A stretch of DNA of 64,000 bases. Origin: Candidatus Latescibacterota bacterium (GTDB taxonomy: Bacteria > Latescibacterota > UBA2968 > GCA-2709665). The notes beneath the pieces are model-generated. The model made no database searches, was not told the origin of the DNA, and was given only the letters and a program-made list of their open reading frames with translations. Made by a program: the position numbers and the translations under genes. Of the stretch, positions 27,114 to 39,631 are shown one piece after another; position 1 is the first letter of the stretch, and every line of letters begins with the position of its first letter. The stretch lies in the NCBI GenBank assembly GCA_965203805.1, contig OZ241917.1, positions 4,384,001-4,448,000 of the forward strand. Reading direction: 5' to 3'.

Positions 27114-27590
27114 CTATGGCAGCCTGGTGCTCAGCCAGGCTCGCAGCTTTTCCGCATAGGGTCTGCGCTGTTCCGGGCTGGTAGAGTGACGACGTTCGAA
27201 ATACAGTTTGTCGTTTTTCCACCGCGGAAAGACGTGCAGGTGATAGTGCCACACATCCTGGTTGCCGGCGGGCTCGTTGTGCTGGCGAGACGAGACGCCA
27301 TCGCAGCCATAGGTCTCCTTGAATCCGATGGAGATCTCTCTCGCGACCTCCTGAATTCTGGCCAGCAGATGCGATGGCATGGAGTAGACGTTCTCGATGT
27401 GCTCGTTCGGAATCACCAGCGCGTGACCGGGATTCTTCGGCCACCACGCGGAAGAGACAAAAGCCGTAACGTCGCCGTCCCGAAACACAACGTCATCCTG
27501 CTTCGTCCGGACGTGTTCGTTTTCGACGCCCTGTGCCACAAGACAAAACGGGCAGGTGTAGTCCGCAGGGGCGTGTACGAGTGTTTCCAT
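27114..27590 (-). CDS. HIT family protein
   Basis: CPFC, PGHALVIP, QDVWHYHLHVFPR. Confidence 0.93.
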   Translation of the reverse strand: METLVHAPADYTCPFCLVAQGVENEHVRTKQDDVVFRDGDVTAFVSSAWWPKNPGHALVIPNEHIENVYSMPSHLLARIQEVAREISIGFKETYGCDGVSSRQHNEPAGNQDVWHYHLHVFPRWKNDKLYFERRHSTSPEQRRPYAEKLRAWLSTRLP

Positions 27591-27699
27591 TTGCGTGGGT
27601 CTTTGCAGCTATAGGCGGAGGTGAAATGTACCGATGCTCGGTTCGGACGCGCCGGGCAGTGTTGGCTGCCGGGTTTGAGGACCTGAGAGGATGACAGGG

Positions 27700-28392
27700 T
27701 CAGGAACGCAACTTCACGAATTCCAGGACCAAGAGGAATGGTATCGTGTTCCAGCGTTTTCGATTCCGGACATTGTGCTCGGGGCTTATGTCTTTCAAGG
27801 ATTTCAGAAGAAAGCCGTGTTTCCCGAACGCATCGACGTATTCCTCCATCGTTCGGTGATAATAATAAACCTCGACTCCCGCCTTTGCCATTCCCTGATA
27901 GATCACTGACTCTCCCGTGGCGAAGTAGCCCGATGCCTTCTTTCTCAGGACAGCCGAGTAAGGATTGTTGATCGATAGAACGGCTCTCCCGCCGTCGCGG
28001 CACGCAGTTGACAGCGTCCGGATGAATTCAACATAGTCGGGAACATCATTTAAGACCAGGTGTGAGGCGATAAGGTCAAAGGACTCCTCCAAATCCCGCA
28101 GCGGTTTGCGAAGATCATGGACTCGATAGTCGATAGCATTCTCCAGGTCTTTCGATCTACCCAATTCGACAAGCGGCGCACAGATGTCGACCGCACAAAC
28201 TTTCGCCCCTCGATTTGCCAGGAGTCTTGCGACCAGGCCGTCACCACAGCCCGCATCCAGGACACGAAGACCCTTAACGTCACCGACGAGGTCCAGGAAG
28301 GCAGACAGAACAGAATCGGAGTCTAACCCCAGGTCAGACACCATGGCTGCATACTTCACCGCGAAGTCATCATAGGTGTTTCGATCAGCCAT
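27700..28392 (-). CDS. Class I SAM-dependent methyltransferase
   Basis: VLDAGCGDG; start at MADRNTYDD inferred. Confidence 0.88.
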   Translation of the reverse strand: MADRNTYDDFAVKYAAMVSDLGLDSDSVLSAFLDLVGDVKGLRVLDAGCGDGLVARLLANRGAKVCAVDICAPLVELGRSKDLENAIDYRVHDLRKPLRDLEESFDLIASHLVLNDVPDYVEFIRTLSTACRDGGRAVLSINNPYSAVLRKKASGYFATGESVIYQGMAKAGVEVYYYHRTMEEYVDAFGKHGFLLKSLKDISPEHNVRNRKRWNTIPFLLVLEFVKLRS

Positions 28393-28557
28393 TTCTTCAA
28401 ACCTCACCGTCCCTTGTCCGGCCGGTCGAAATCGGAGTGTGGGAGGCGACCGGTGTAATTCCGAGCTCTGAGGCAATAGGTATCGAATCTGAGGATCAGC
28501 GGACGTCCCACAACGCATCACCTCGAAATGTCCACATACCCGAAACACGCATAGTCT

Positions 28558-28722
28558 CTAAGTCTTCGCTTTCCTCTCGACCTCGTGCCGCGAAAGCCTC
28601 GTTTTTGCGCGCATCGGGCGAATCTTTAAAGACAGTTCAGTATGCTGTCGCTCCTCCTCATACAGTCGCCTGAATCGCTCATCTTTGAGCTTGTCGTTCA
28701 GATGACGTCTAAAACTTCGCAT
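28558..28722 (-). pseudogene. Truncated HigA-like HTH antitoxin
   Basis: MRSFRRHLNDKLKDERFRRLYEEE...stops at the start of the HTH; GGAGGA RBS. Confidence 0.6.
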
Positions 28723-29017
28723 CCCGGTCCTCCGTTGGCCGGTTCTCGTAGGTTCAAGACCCGCGGATCGGCGCCTGTACCTAAACGAACCACCTAGAAT
28801 TCTCCGCGTTTCCAATATACCCCAAAAAGCCCCCGAAGGGGCATTACTTCTAGTAACAATCCGACTCTTGCTTGCCATCAATAATCCCAGTGGACTCCGC
28901 GTATTTGATTTGTCCTGATATGCTCTCCGCACAGCGGCAATCGTCTTGTTACAGCGAATGTAGAAGAAGAATCCGGTATTTCATCTGCTGTTCGTGCCTA
29001 CATCCATCGGTCAATCT

Positions 29018-29191
29018 TCAGCGTACATAAATGACCGCTTCTTCCGTCGGGAATGCCTTTGCGACATCAGGTTGTAGCAATACCAGATTCGTCCCGGATC
29101 GATAGGATTCCAGGTACTTTCCGCGGACGCCAGGACCGAGATCTTCACGGCAGTATTCGGGACGAAGTTCGTCCCGTTTAGCCTTCTTCAC
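29018..29191 (-). CDS. BrnA-like antitoxin, C-terminus possibly truncated (absent from the ORF track)
   Basis: GAGGAG then GTG; MKKAKRDELRPEYCREDLGPGVRGKYLESYRSGTNLVLLQPDVAKAFPTEEAVIYVR. Confidence 0.75.
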   Translation of the reverse strand: MKKAKRDELRPEYCREDLGPGVRGKYLESYRSGTNLVLLQPDVAKAFPTEEAVIYVR

Positions 29192-29243
29192 AATATCTCC
29201 TCACTGCGCGGTATACTACATTAAACTCGTAGGAAAGTTTCAT
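29178..29243 (-). pseudogene. Possible collapsed BrnT toxin remnant
   Basis: 21-codon MKLSYEF...RRYCEEG overlapping the antitoxin start. Confidence 0.4.
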
Positions 29244-29298
29244 AAATGCATATTGGCAGACAGGTACGTCGCCGGATACTGGTCGACTTATTCTTCCG

Positions 29299-30171
29299 CT
29301 ATTCACAATCCATGAACGACTGGAGATCGAGTCCCCTATTGTCCTGCCGTGCCCACTCATCCCAATATTCCCATCGGCTCATCAGAAACTCGGCTCGAGC
29401 AGGTGGGATTAGGCGCGAATTATTCACCGCCGCCTCCTTCCCAATAATTATCGAGTACTCTCTTGCTAACGTCGGACCAAGCTGGAGCGTTGGAGGCACC
29501 CGTAGGGCCGTGTAACCTGAGGAGGTCAAACGAACAGTAATCGCGGAGTATAGAACAGGATTCGGGGCAATTCGATCCCAAGTCATCAGGCATTCATCCG
29601 GAGCTTGTATTTCTGCCCTGCGTTTTTGAAAGCGAGCTTCCTGCATCTCCTTTCGGCGTCCATAGACAAGTATATATCTCTGCTCAAAGGTCCTATCTTC
29701 TAGTAACCAATCAGGCAGCCGAAAGTCCCTGAGAAACGTAGCCTGATTGAGTTGTTCGGAGAACCAAATCTTCCACTCCTGCATCTGACCGATTGCGTGG
29801 GTCAACTTAGCCGACTGTTTTCCGCTCTTGACTGCCCAAGGCTTGGATGGAGACTCAATCTCCACAAAAGTTGCGTACACCGTACCACTGTCATGTGAGA
29901 TGATGCAGAAGTCGGGGAATCTAGAGCGCAAACCCGAAAGTTTAGGCTGCGTAATGACGGCGCGTGGGTATAAGCCGTTGCCTCCCACATCCGTTTCGGG
30001 ATGTGCTCCCGGGACCAAGCACGGATGCTCCTCAAGCAATTCTTGGAAATGCCTCTCGTTTCTCTCGCCACTGTCCAGCAGTAACTTGAGTTCAGATTTA
30101 GCAATTTGGACGTAATCACGCCCTGGCATCGCCGGAGTTGACGGATTAACCAACTCATAGGTTTTATTCAT
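29299..30171 (-). CDS. sduA: Shedu-like (DUF4263) anti-phage nuclease
   Basis: ERHFQELLEEHP, PDF, VEIESP, AIGQMQEW, LVYGRR, MTWD; start may be 30234. Confidence 0.8.
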   Translation of the reverse strand: MNKTYELVNPSTPAMPGRDYVQIAKSELKLLLDSGERNERHFQELLEEHPCLVPGAHPETDVGGNGLYPRAVITQPKLSGLRSRFPDFCIISHDSGTVYATFVEIESPSKPWAVKSGKQSAKLTHAIGQMQEWKIWFSEQLNQATFLRDFRLPDWLLEDRTFEQRYILVYGRRKEMQEARFQKRRAEIQAPDECLMTWDRIAPNPVLYSAITVRLTSSGYTALRVPPTLQLGPTLAREYSIIIGKEAAVNNSRLIPPARAEFLMSRWEYWDEWARQDNRGLDLQSFMDCE

Positions 30172-30487
30172 CTGACTTGCCTTACTGTAGCTTATTGGAA
30201 AGCTTGTATTCGTTGGCATTATGTCGAACGTCATTACGGTCGTCTTCGGAGGTCTGAAGCTTCTCCCAACTCTTCAGGTATCTCGAAAACAATCGGGTCA
30301 AGCGTCGTAGCTTCTTTTTGTATACCGCCATCGTCTCTTGCACCACAGCCTGGAGAAAAAGACGAATTATACGATTATTACCGTTGCTCGGGAAGAAACT
30401 TAGCGATTCCGCAAAAAGCCGCAAGGCTGGTTTAACCGTACGAAAAGAGATTCGAGGATTCCGCCGATGTCTTCCGTCCACTCAGAA

Positions 30488-31417
30488 TCACTTTCGTACC
30501 CAAATTCTATCTGCACGTAGTTTAGACGCAGAAAGCAGGCGATCTTGGTCACCACCAGCAACGTGCTTCCCACAGATGATCTCATCGACCTGCAACGTGA
30601 AGTGGTCGCTGTTTAGTGGCACATTGATGTACTTCCGAGTGACCTTGCCGTTCAGCATTTCTGTTTGTATTGGGAACACTTCGCAAAGTCCAGGGTGGGT
30701 CGTGTAGTCGAACGAGATTCGCGATTCGTCCTCCCACGAGTACTTACCGCGTTTGTAGAATCGTGCGAATTTTAACAATCCATCAATGAAGAGGTTCTTG
30801 CCAAATTCACGTTTGAACTGGTCCCGCATCTCATTTATAAAGTCGAAACGGTAGCCGGAGTCGTACGTTACGTCCCGGAAGTCCACGCAATACTGTAGAT
30901 GTTTTTTGCCCATAGAGAATCGCAACCCAAGGCAGACCCCCGTATCCTGCATAGCATACCGGTTCCAGAACTCCTGTCGTCGTGCACTCTTGGTAAAGCA
31001 TAGAACGAACGACTTTTTCTTCATTTTGTCAATGTCGCCTGTGTACAGAGGGCGAAGATGTCCTGTACGCTGCAGAAATTCTGAATACTCTGTTCTGTCG
31101 TTTTGCGCGTGATAGTATAGTGCCGTCAGCTGAACCGTACCAGATTCGAGAATTTCAATGGCCCTCTTCGCGGATTTAAAGTGGTAGAACTGGCCACGGT
31201 CCCATCGCCGATCGGCTGCGCATTCGGCGAAGATTTTCTCCACGGGATCTGGTGCCGAAGGAAAAGTCGAGAAGTAGATCAATGGGCGGCTGTCGTCGTG
31301 TGAGAAGTCGTCCTTCGTGAGCGCTCCAACGAATGGTCCAAAGCGTGATGAAGCAATCGCGTTGTTTGCGATTTCTGCCATTCGTTGGCGATCTCGATCG
31401 TCGTACATGTAATTCAA
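30488..31417 (-). CDS. DUF2971-like protein
   Basis: FYHFKS, ND..E, VLCFT, FWNRYA..GVCLG, K..YSWEDESRI. Confidence 0.7.
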   Translation of the reverse strand: MNYMYDDRDRQRMAEIANNAIASSRFGPFVGALTKDDFSHDDSRPLIYFSTFPSAPDPVEKIFAECAADRRWDRGQFYHFKSAKRAIEILESGTVQLTALYYHAQNDRTEYSEFLQRTGHLRPLYTGDIDKMKKKSFVLCFTKSARRQEFWNRYAMQDTGVCLGLRFSMGKKHLQYCVDFRDVTYDSGYRFDFINEMRDQFKREFGKNLFIDGLLKFARFYKRGKYSWEDESRISFDYTTHPGLCEVFPIQTEMLNGKVTRKYINVPLNSDHFTLQVDEIICGKHVAGGDQDRLLSASKLRADRIWVRK

Positions 31418-31503
31418 CTCTATTCAAGAACTCCGATCACCGTTTCAGATCATTTGATCTGTGATGTAGATGATCGCAGGGATACTTTGTCATTGCCGTA
31501 CTG

Positions 31504-31800
31504 TCAGCGATCCAATTTGCAATCCATATATAGATTCATCAACGCCAGAACGTAAGATTGGTTACTGCCTCCGTGATATGCGTTGCCCTCAAGTGATCCG
31601 GTACGAGCAAATGTCTTGAGGTAAATTTGTACCCTGGGAAATCGATGAAGTCGCTTGTTATTGGTAGACTGAGGAGTATATTCGAAACCTTTTTCGGCTA
31701 CTACGACTTTGAAAGGATGGTTTCGTGCCAATGTATAAAGCGTTTTTCCATGAAGCGTACCAACAAACCTCTTGAAATCGTCTAGCGCTATCTCATTCAT
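31504..31800 (-). CDS. Hypothetical low-GC protein
   Basis: AGGAG RBS; 98 aa; no motif recognised. Confidence 0.6.
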   Translation of the reverse strand: MNEIALDDFKRFVGTLHGKTLYTLARNHPFKVVVAEKGFEYTPQSTNNKRLHRFPRVQIYLKTFARTGSLEGNAYHGGSNQSYVLALMNLYMDCKLDR

Positions 31801-31935
31801 TTCAAGCTCCTGGCGCGGTGTCGAAACGTAAAACGGCGTCCATCCATTGTGTTGAAGGAAGCAACAGACTTCGAAAAGGAATAGAACAATGCCATCCGCG
31901 TCAGCCGGATAGGCACGAGTACATTGAACTGTCTA

Positions 31936-32012
31936 ATTACTCGGGGAGTAGCCGGTGCCCTGATCCTGTCGAAGGGCCGGCGACGGCTGTTGCGGTGGGG
32001 GGATTTCGACGC
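31936..32012. repeat. REP-like element, second copy
   Basis: CCCTGATCCTGTCGAAGGGCCGGCGACGGCTGTTGCGGTGGGGGGATTTC matches about 14207-14263. Confidence 0.7.
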
Positions 32013-32104
32013 TTTAAGGTATACAGGCAGTGCGAAGAATCATGTACGCAGATTTCATCGACGTTTTGCTGCAAGATTCGAACGCTGCCTGTTCGCTCCA
32101 CTTC

Positions 32105-35374
<3,270 letters not shown>

Positions 35375-35390
35375 TTCAGACCGTCCTATG

Positions 35391-37040
35391 CTATGGGAAG
35401 ACGCCTCTCAGGAGCTTCGCCTGAGTCACGCGGTGAATGCCCTCTATCAGCGCCGCTGTACGCATATCCAGCCCATCGCGTTCGGACCGCCGTATTGTCC
35501 GCCGGAACGCGTGGAGCAGTATCTGCCTTAGCCGCTCGTTGATTTCGTCGAGGGTCCACATATAATTCTGGGTGTCCTGCACCCACTCGAAATAGGAAAC
35601 CGTAACCCCTCCGGCGTTTCCGAGCACATCCGGAAGAACAAACACGTCCTTGTCTTTCAGGATCTCATCGGCCTCCAGTGTGGTGGGGCCGTTGGCGCCT
35701 TCGGCCAGAATCCTGCATGAGATGTTGTCGGCATTGTCCACGGTGATCTGATTCTGCAGGGCCGCGGGTACAAGAATGTCGCACGGTATCTCGAGCAATT
35801 CCCGATTGCTCACGGCATCTCCGCCGGTGTAACCTTCCAGAACCTGGTTTTCATCCGTATGTCGCAGCAGCGAATCCACGGACAGGCCATCGGGGTTGTA
35901 AATGCCGGTGGTCACGTCGCTTACGCCCACGAGCCTGACCCCGCAGGCGTCCAGAAACCGCGCGGCATTGCTCCCCACGTTCCCGAACCCCTGGACGATG
36001 GCGGTCGCGTTGTTCAGGTCCATCCCGATATGTGCGGCCGCTTCCTCCACGAGATACACCAGCCCACGCCCCGTCGCCTCACGGCGGCCTTCCGAGCCGC
36101 CCAGTACCACCGGCTTGCCCGTGACGACCGCGGGCACCGTATGTCCCGTCTGGTGGCTGTAGATGTCCATCATCCACGCCATGACGTGTTCGTCCGTGCC
36201 CATGTCGGGCGCGGGGATGTCCTTTTGCGGTCCGATCACGTCGATGATCTCCGACGTATACCGGCGTGTCAGGCGCTGCAGTTCGGTACGAGAGAGGACG
36301 GTGGGGTCAATCCGGACGCCCCCCTTGGCGCCGCCGAACGGGAGGTTCATCAGGGCGCACTTCCAGGTCATCCACATGGCCAGGGCGGTCACCTCGCCCA
36401 GGTTCACGTCGTGATGGTATCGAACGCCGCCCTTGGTGGGCCCCATCGTCAAGACATGCTGGATCCGGTATCCGGCAACCGTTTCCACGTATTCGTGTTC
36501 GTCCCGCCGGAACGGAAACGTGACGACGTGGGTGCGCTGGGGAAACAGCAGCCGCTGCCGGATATTGTCATCCAGTTCCATCAGGTGGGCGGCCTTGAGA
36601 AACTGCTGCTGCGCCAGCCGGAACATGGGCGATTCCCATTCGGCGTGCTGCGCCCGGCTGCGCTCCACGGCGTATCGAATCGACCGCACCAGCAACGCGC
36701 CGTTCATATTCGACTTGACGAGATAATCCTGCGCGCCTGCCTCAACGGCTCGCGCCGCGAGTTTGATATCCTGCAGGCCGGACAGGATCACAACCGGCAG
36801 GTCCGGATATGACGCGCGGACCCGGAAGTACGTATCCAGGTCCTCGCTGTCGGGCAGCACGAGGTCCAGCAGCAACAGCTCATACCCGTCCGCCGCAAGC
36901 CGGTTCAGCCCTTCCGCGAGCGTTCCCGCCAGATCCACCTCGAACTCCGGGCCCTCGGATTTGGCGAGCAGTTCCCGAATCAGGCGGGTGTGAAGCGGAT
37001 TGTCCTCAATCAGCAGCGTCTTCAGGCTTTTTCCTGGCAT
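35391..37040 (-). CDS. gdhA: Receiver domain fused to Glu/Leu/Phe/Val (glutamate) dehydrogenase
   Basis: REC IEDN..LLDLVLPD..ILSG..DYLVK; GDH KGGVRY, MTWK, GGAKGG, DIPAPD, GFGNVG, EGANGP, VSYFEW. Confidence 0.92.
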   Translation of the reverse strand: MPGKSLKTLLIEDNPLHTRLIRELLAKSEGPEFEVDLAGTLAEGLNRLAADGYELLLLDLVLPDSEDLDTYFRVRASYPDLPVVILSGLQDIKLAARAVEAGAQDYLVKSNMNGALLVRSIRYAVERSRAQHAEWESPMFRLAQQQFLKAAHLMELDDNIRQRLLFPQRTHVVTFPFRRDEHEYVETVAGYRIQHVLTMGPTKGGVRYHHDVNLGEVTALAMWMTWKCALMNLPFGGAKGGVRIDPTVLSRTELQRLTRRYTSEIIDVIGPQKDIPAPDMGTDEHVMAWMMDIYSHQTGHTVPAVVTGKPVVLGGSEGRREATGRGLVYLVEEAAAHIGMDLNNATAIVQGFGNVGSNAARFLDACGVRLVGVSDVTTGIYNPDGLSVDSLLRHTDENQVLEGYTGGDAVSNRELLEIPCDILVPAALQNQITVDNADNISCRILAEGANGPTTLEADEILKDKDVFVLPDVLGNAGGVTVSYFEWVQDTQNYMWTLDEINERLRQILLHAFRRTIRRSERDGLDMRTAALIEGIHRVTQAKLLRGVFP

Positions 37041-37282
37041 AGCCCCGTTGTCCGCGCGATTTCAAGTTTGTGACGCGTGCCTCGATACAGTCCTATCGGA
37101 TATTTAGTCCTATTGCCGATTTGTGTCAAGCCCAAAGCGCTAAATGACACGCTATCGCACGATTCCGCTACGCCGTGTACGGAAAAAAGGCAGGGTATCT
37201 CCAATGCCCCGCCCGTCTTTCGCCCCCAAACCGGTCCCATTCAGTAAGACGAATGGATCCGCTTCGGGTTGCACGTTGTCCG

Positions 37283-38254
37283 TCACCGGTGTTCCCGGCG
37301 CAGGTCCAGCCAGTCCAGTTCTTCCGGCGTCAACCGGATTTCCATGGCCTCCCGGTTCAATCGGCTTTCCTCGACTGTTCTGCAGCCAGACACCGTGAAG
37401 ACGTTCAGGGGCTGGTTGAAGAGAAACGCGAGCGCGACCTGCGCGACGGTCTTCCCGCGCGCCCCGGCAAGTTCGGTCGCACGTTCCAGTCGGGTGAAGT
37501 TTTCTTCGTGGCCATAGACCTGCGCACAGCCTACCGTCGTTTGTTTCGACATTTGAGCGATGTTCTCCCGGGTCAGCAGGCCGGAGAAAAACCCCTGCGC
37601 CAGGCTGGACCAGGAGAATACCGGCATCTGCGATTCCCGGTACCAGGCCCGTTCCTCGACCCCTTGAGGACCGGATATACTCAGACAGCCCTCCCAGATC
37701 TCATTCATTCGCACGGCCAGGCTGAAGTTCGGGCTGCTGGCAACAAAGGGCCTCAGACCGTGCTCCCGTGCATACGAATTCGCCTCGCGGATCCGGCTCG
37801 CCGACCAGTTGGACCCGCCGAAAGCGCGGATACGACCCTCCGACGCGTGTCCGTTCAACGCCTCCACGAGCGGTCCGACCGGCGCCTCCGGATCGTCCCG
37901 GTGAAGCAGATAGAGGTCGATATAATCTGTCCGGAGCCGCGCCAGCGAATCGAAGAGGTCGGACGCGACGTCGAACACCGTCACCCTGCGGCTGCGGTCC
38001 GCGTTGGGATGGCCGCCCTTGCTCAGAATGAACACATCGCTTCGATTGCCGCGCCGGTCCATCCACGCGCCCAGCGCCCGCTCCGCCTTTCCGTTTCCAT
38101 AGACGGGCGCGGTATCGAAGCTGTTGCAGCCCTCCGCCCGGATCCCGTCAAGAAGGTCGATGCTCCGCTCGAGATCGTCCGTCGAGACCATCAACGTGCC
38201 CTGGACCAGCCGGGAAACCGGTTTGTCAATCCCCTCGATTCGGCCGTATATCAT
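37283..38254 (-). CDS. Aldo/keto reductase
   Basis: FDTAPVYG, SLARLRTDYIDLYLLH, GGSNW; start uncertain. Confidence 0.92.
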   Translation of the reverse strand: MIYGRIEGIDKPVSRLVQGTLMVSTDDLERSIDLLDGIRAEGCNSFDTAPVYGNGKAERALGAWMDRRGNRSDVFILSKGGHPNADRSRRVTVFDVASDLFDSLARLRTDYIDLYLLHRDDPEAPVGPLVEALNGHASEGRIRAFGGSNWSASRIREANSYAREHGLRPFVASSPNFSLAVRMNEIWEGCLSISGPQGVEERAWYRESQMPVFSWSSLAQGFFSGLLTRENIAQMSKQTTVGCAQVYGHEENFTRLERATELAGARGKTVAQVALAFLFNQPLNVFTVSGCRTVEESRLNREAMEIRLTPEELDWLDLRREHR

Positions 38255-38321
38255 CGGCAGTCCCATATTAAATATGATATATTCATATACTCTAATTAAT
38301 ATGTATTGCAATGTCGAATAG

Positions 38322-38443
38322 CAGCGATCAGCCTTCAGCGGTCAGCTTAAAGCAAGGTCGAAAATCAAATTCAACATCCACATCTCCCCAAATTCCCTGC
38401 CGTCGAAAAGCAGCTATCAGCGGTCAGTCTTCAGCCGTCAGCT
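38322..38443. repeat. Degenerate 7-nt repeats (CAGCNNT), two clusters
   Basis: CAGCGAT CAGCCTT CAGCGGT CAGC and CAGCTAT CAGCGGT CAGTCTT CAGCCGT CAGC. Confidence 0.65.
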
Positions 38444-38507
38444 TGAATCAAAAGCCAAACCCGTTGACGTCTGCACCATAACATGACGGCATCGGACGAA
38501 ACGCAGA

Positions 38508-38549
38508 CCTCTCCCCCCTGCCCCCTCTCCCGGGGGGAGAGGGGGAGAA
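38508..38549. repeat. REP-like palindrome CCCCCTCTCCC..GGGAGAGGGGG
   Basis: 11-bp inverted repeat just downstream of the Gfo/Idh/MocA gene. Confidence 0.65.
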
Positions 38550-38568
38550 GAGCTGGCGGGCTCAATGC

Positions 38569-39555
38569 TTATTCCATAGGAAATTTCAGCCCGATCTGAT
38601 CGCGGATCGTGTCCATCGTCCCCATGATCGCGACGGATTCGTCCAGCGGGATTTCGTCGCTCTCGAGTTTCCCTTCGCGCAGATAACGTCCCACCGCTTC
38701 CGCCTGGCAATTGTACCCGTTCCCGTCGAACGGGTGTTCGACCGTCGTCTCCTCGCCGCCTTTCACGAGCGTCGCGGTCGTTCCGCGCCAGTACGGCGGA
38801 TGGATGCGAATCATCCCTTCGGTGCCCATGATGTGAGCCCAGTGGGACGTGCTGCACTGGATCGACGTATACAGCATGGCCATTTCGCCCCCGTCGTATC
38901 CAAGCATCATCCCCGCCTGCTCGTCCACCTTCAGATCGCCGATGTGGGCCATGCCCGCCACCCGCGACGGCGCGCGCCGGAACACCATGGAGGCGAACGA
39001 GAGCGAGTAGATGCCCACGTCCATCAGCGCACCGCCGCCCAGCGCCGGGTCATAGAGGCGTGACTTCGTGCTGCCGGGACGCGACCCGAACCCGAAATCC
39101 GCCGCGACCATCCGGACGTCTCCGATCGCGCCTTCCGCCAACCACTTTCGCACCTGAATCATGATCGGCAGGAAGCGGGTCCACATGGCCTCCATCAGAA
39201 AGAGGCCTTCCTCGCGCGCAACGGCAACGAGTTCCGCGGCTTCCGGTCGATTGATGGTGAAGGGCTTCTCGCACAGGACCGCCTTCCCCGCCTTGAGACA
39301 AAGGATGCTGTTCTCCTTGTGGAAGGTATGCGGTGTGGCAACGTAAATGACGTCCACGTCCGGGTCGTTCGCGAGGGCCTCATAGCTCGCGTGCCTCCGT
39401 GAAATGCCGAATTCGTCTCCGAACGCATCCGCCGCCTGCTGAGTCCGCGACCCCACGGCAACCGGTTCCGCGTCCACAACCGCCGCCAGGCCCTTCACGA
39501 ACGACTTTGCGATGGCACCCGTGCTCAGGATACCCCATCGAGTGCTGTTGGCCAT
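38569..39555 (-). CDS. Gfo/Idh/MocA oxidoreductase
   Basis: WGILSTGAIA, VLCEKPF, MEAMWTRF, GGALMDVGIY. Confidence 0.93.
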   Translation of the reverse strand: MANSTRWGILSTGAIAKSFVKGLAAVVDAEPVAVGSRTQQAADAFGDEFGISRRHASYEALANDPDVDVIYVATPHTFHKENSILCLKAGKAVLCEKPFTINRPEAAELVAVAREEGLFLMEAMWTRFLPIMIQVRKWLAEGAIGDVRMVAADFGFGSRPGSTKSRLYDPALGGGALMDVGIYSLSFASMVFRRAPSRVAGMAHIGDLKVDEQAGMMLGYDGGEMAMLYTSIQCSTSHWAHIMGTEGMIRIHPPYWRGTTATLVKGGEETTVEHPFDGNGYNCQAEAVGRYLREGKLESDEIPLDESVAIMGTMDTIRDQIGLKFPME

Positions 39556-39631
39556 TTCCTCTTCCTCTCTGCGAATTACGGGTTCGCGCGGCACCCGCGG
39601 TCTGAAGCGACGGGTGGAATGCAGACGATTA

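Noticed and set aside
30182-30481. 99-aa ORF between the DUF2971-like and Shedu-like genes
   Set aside because: No recognisable motif or clear RBS; not listed as a feature, only noted as a possibility.
4609-32000. Integron cassette array
   Set aside because: No integrase and no recurring RYYYAAC...GTTRRRY attC hairpins found by eye.
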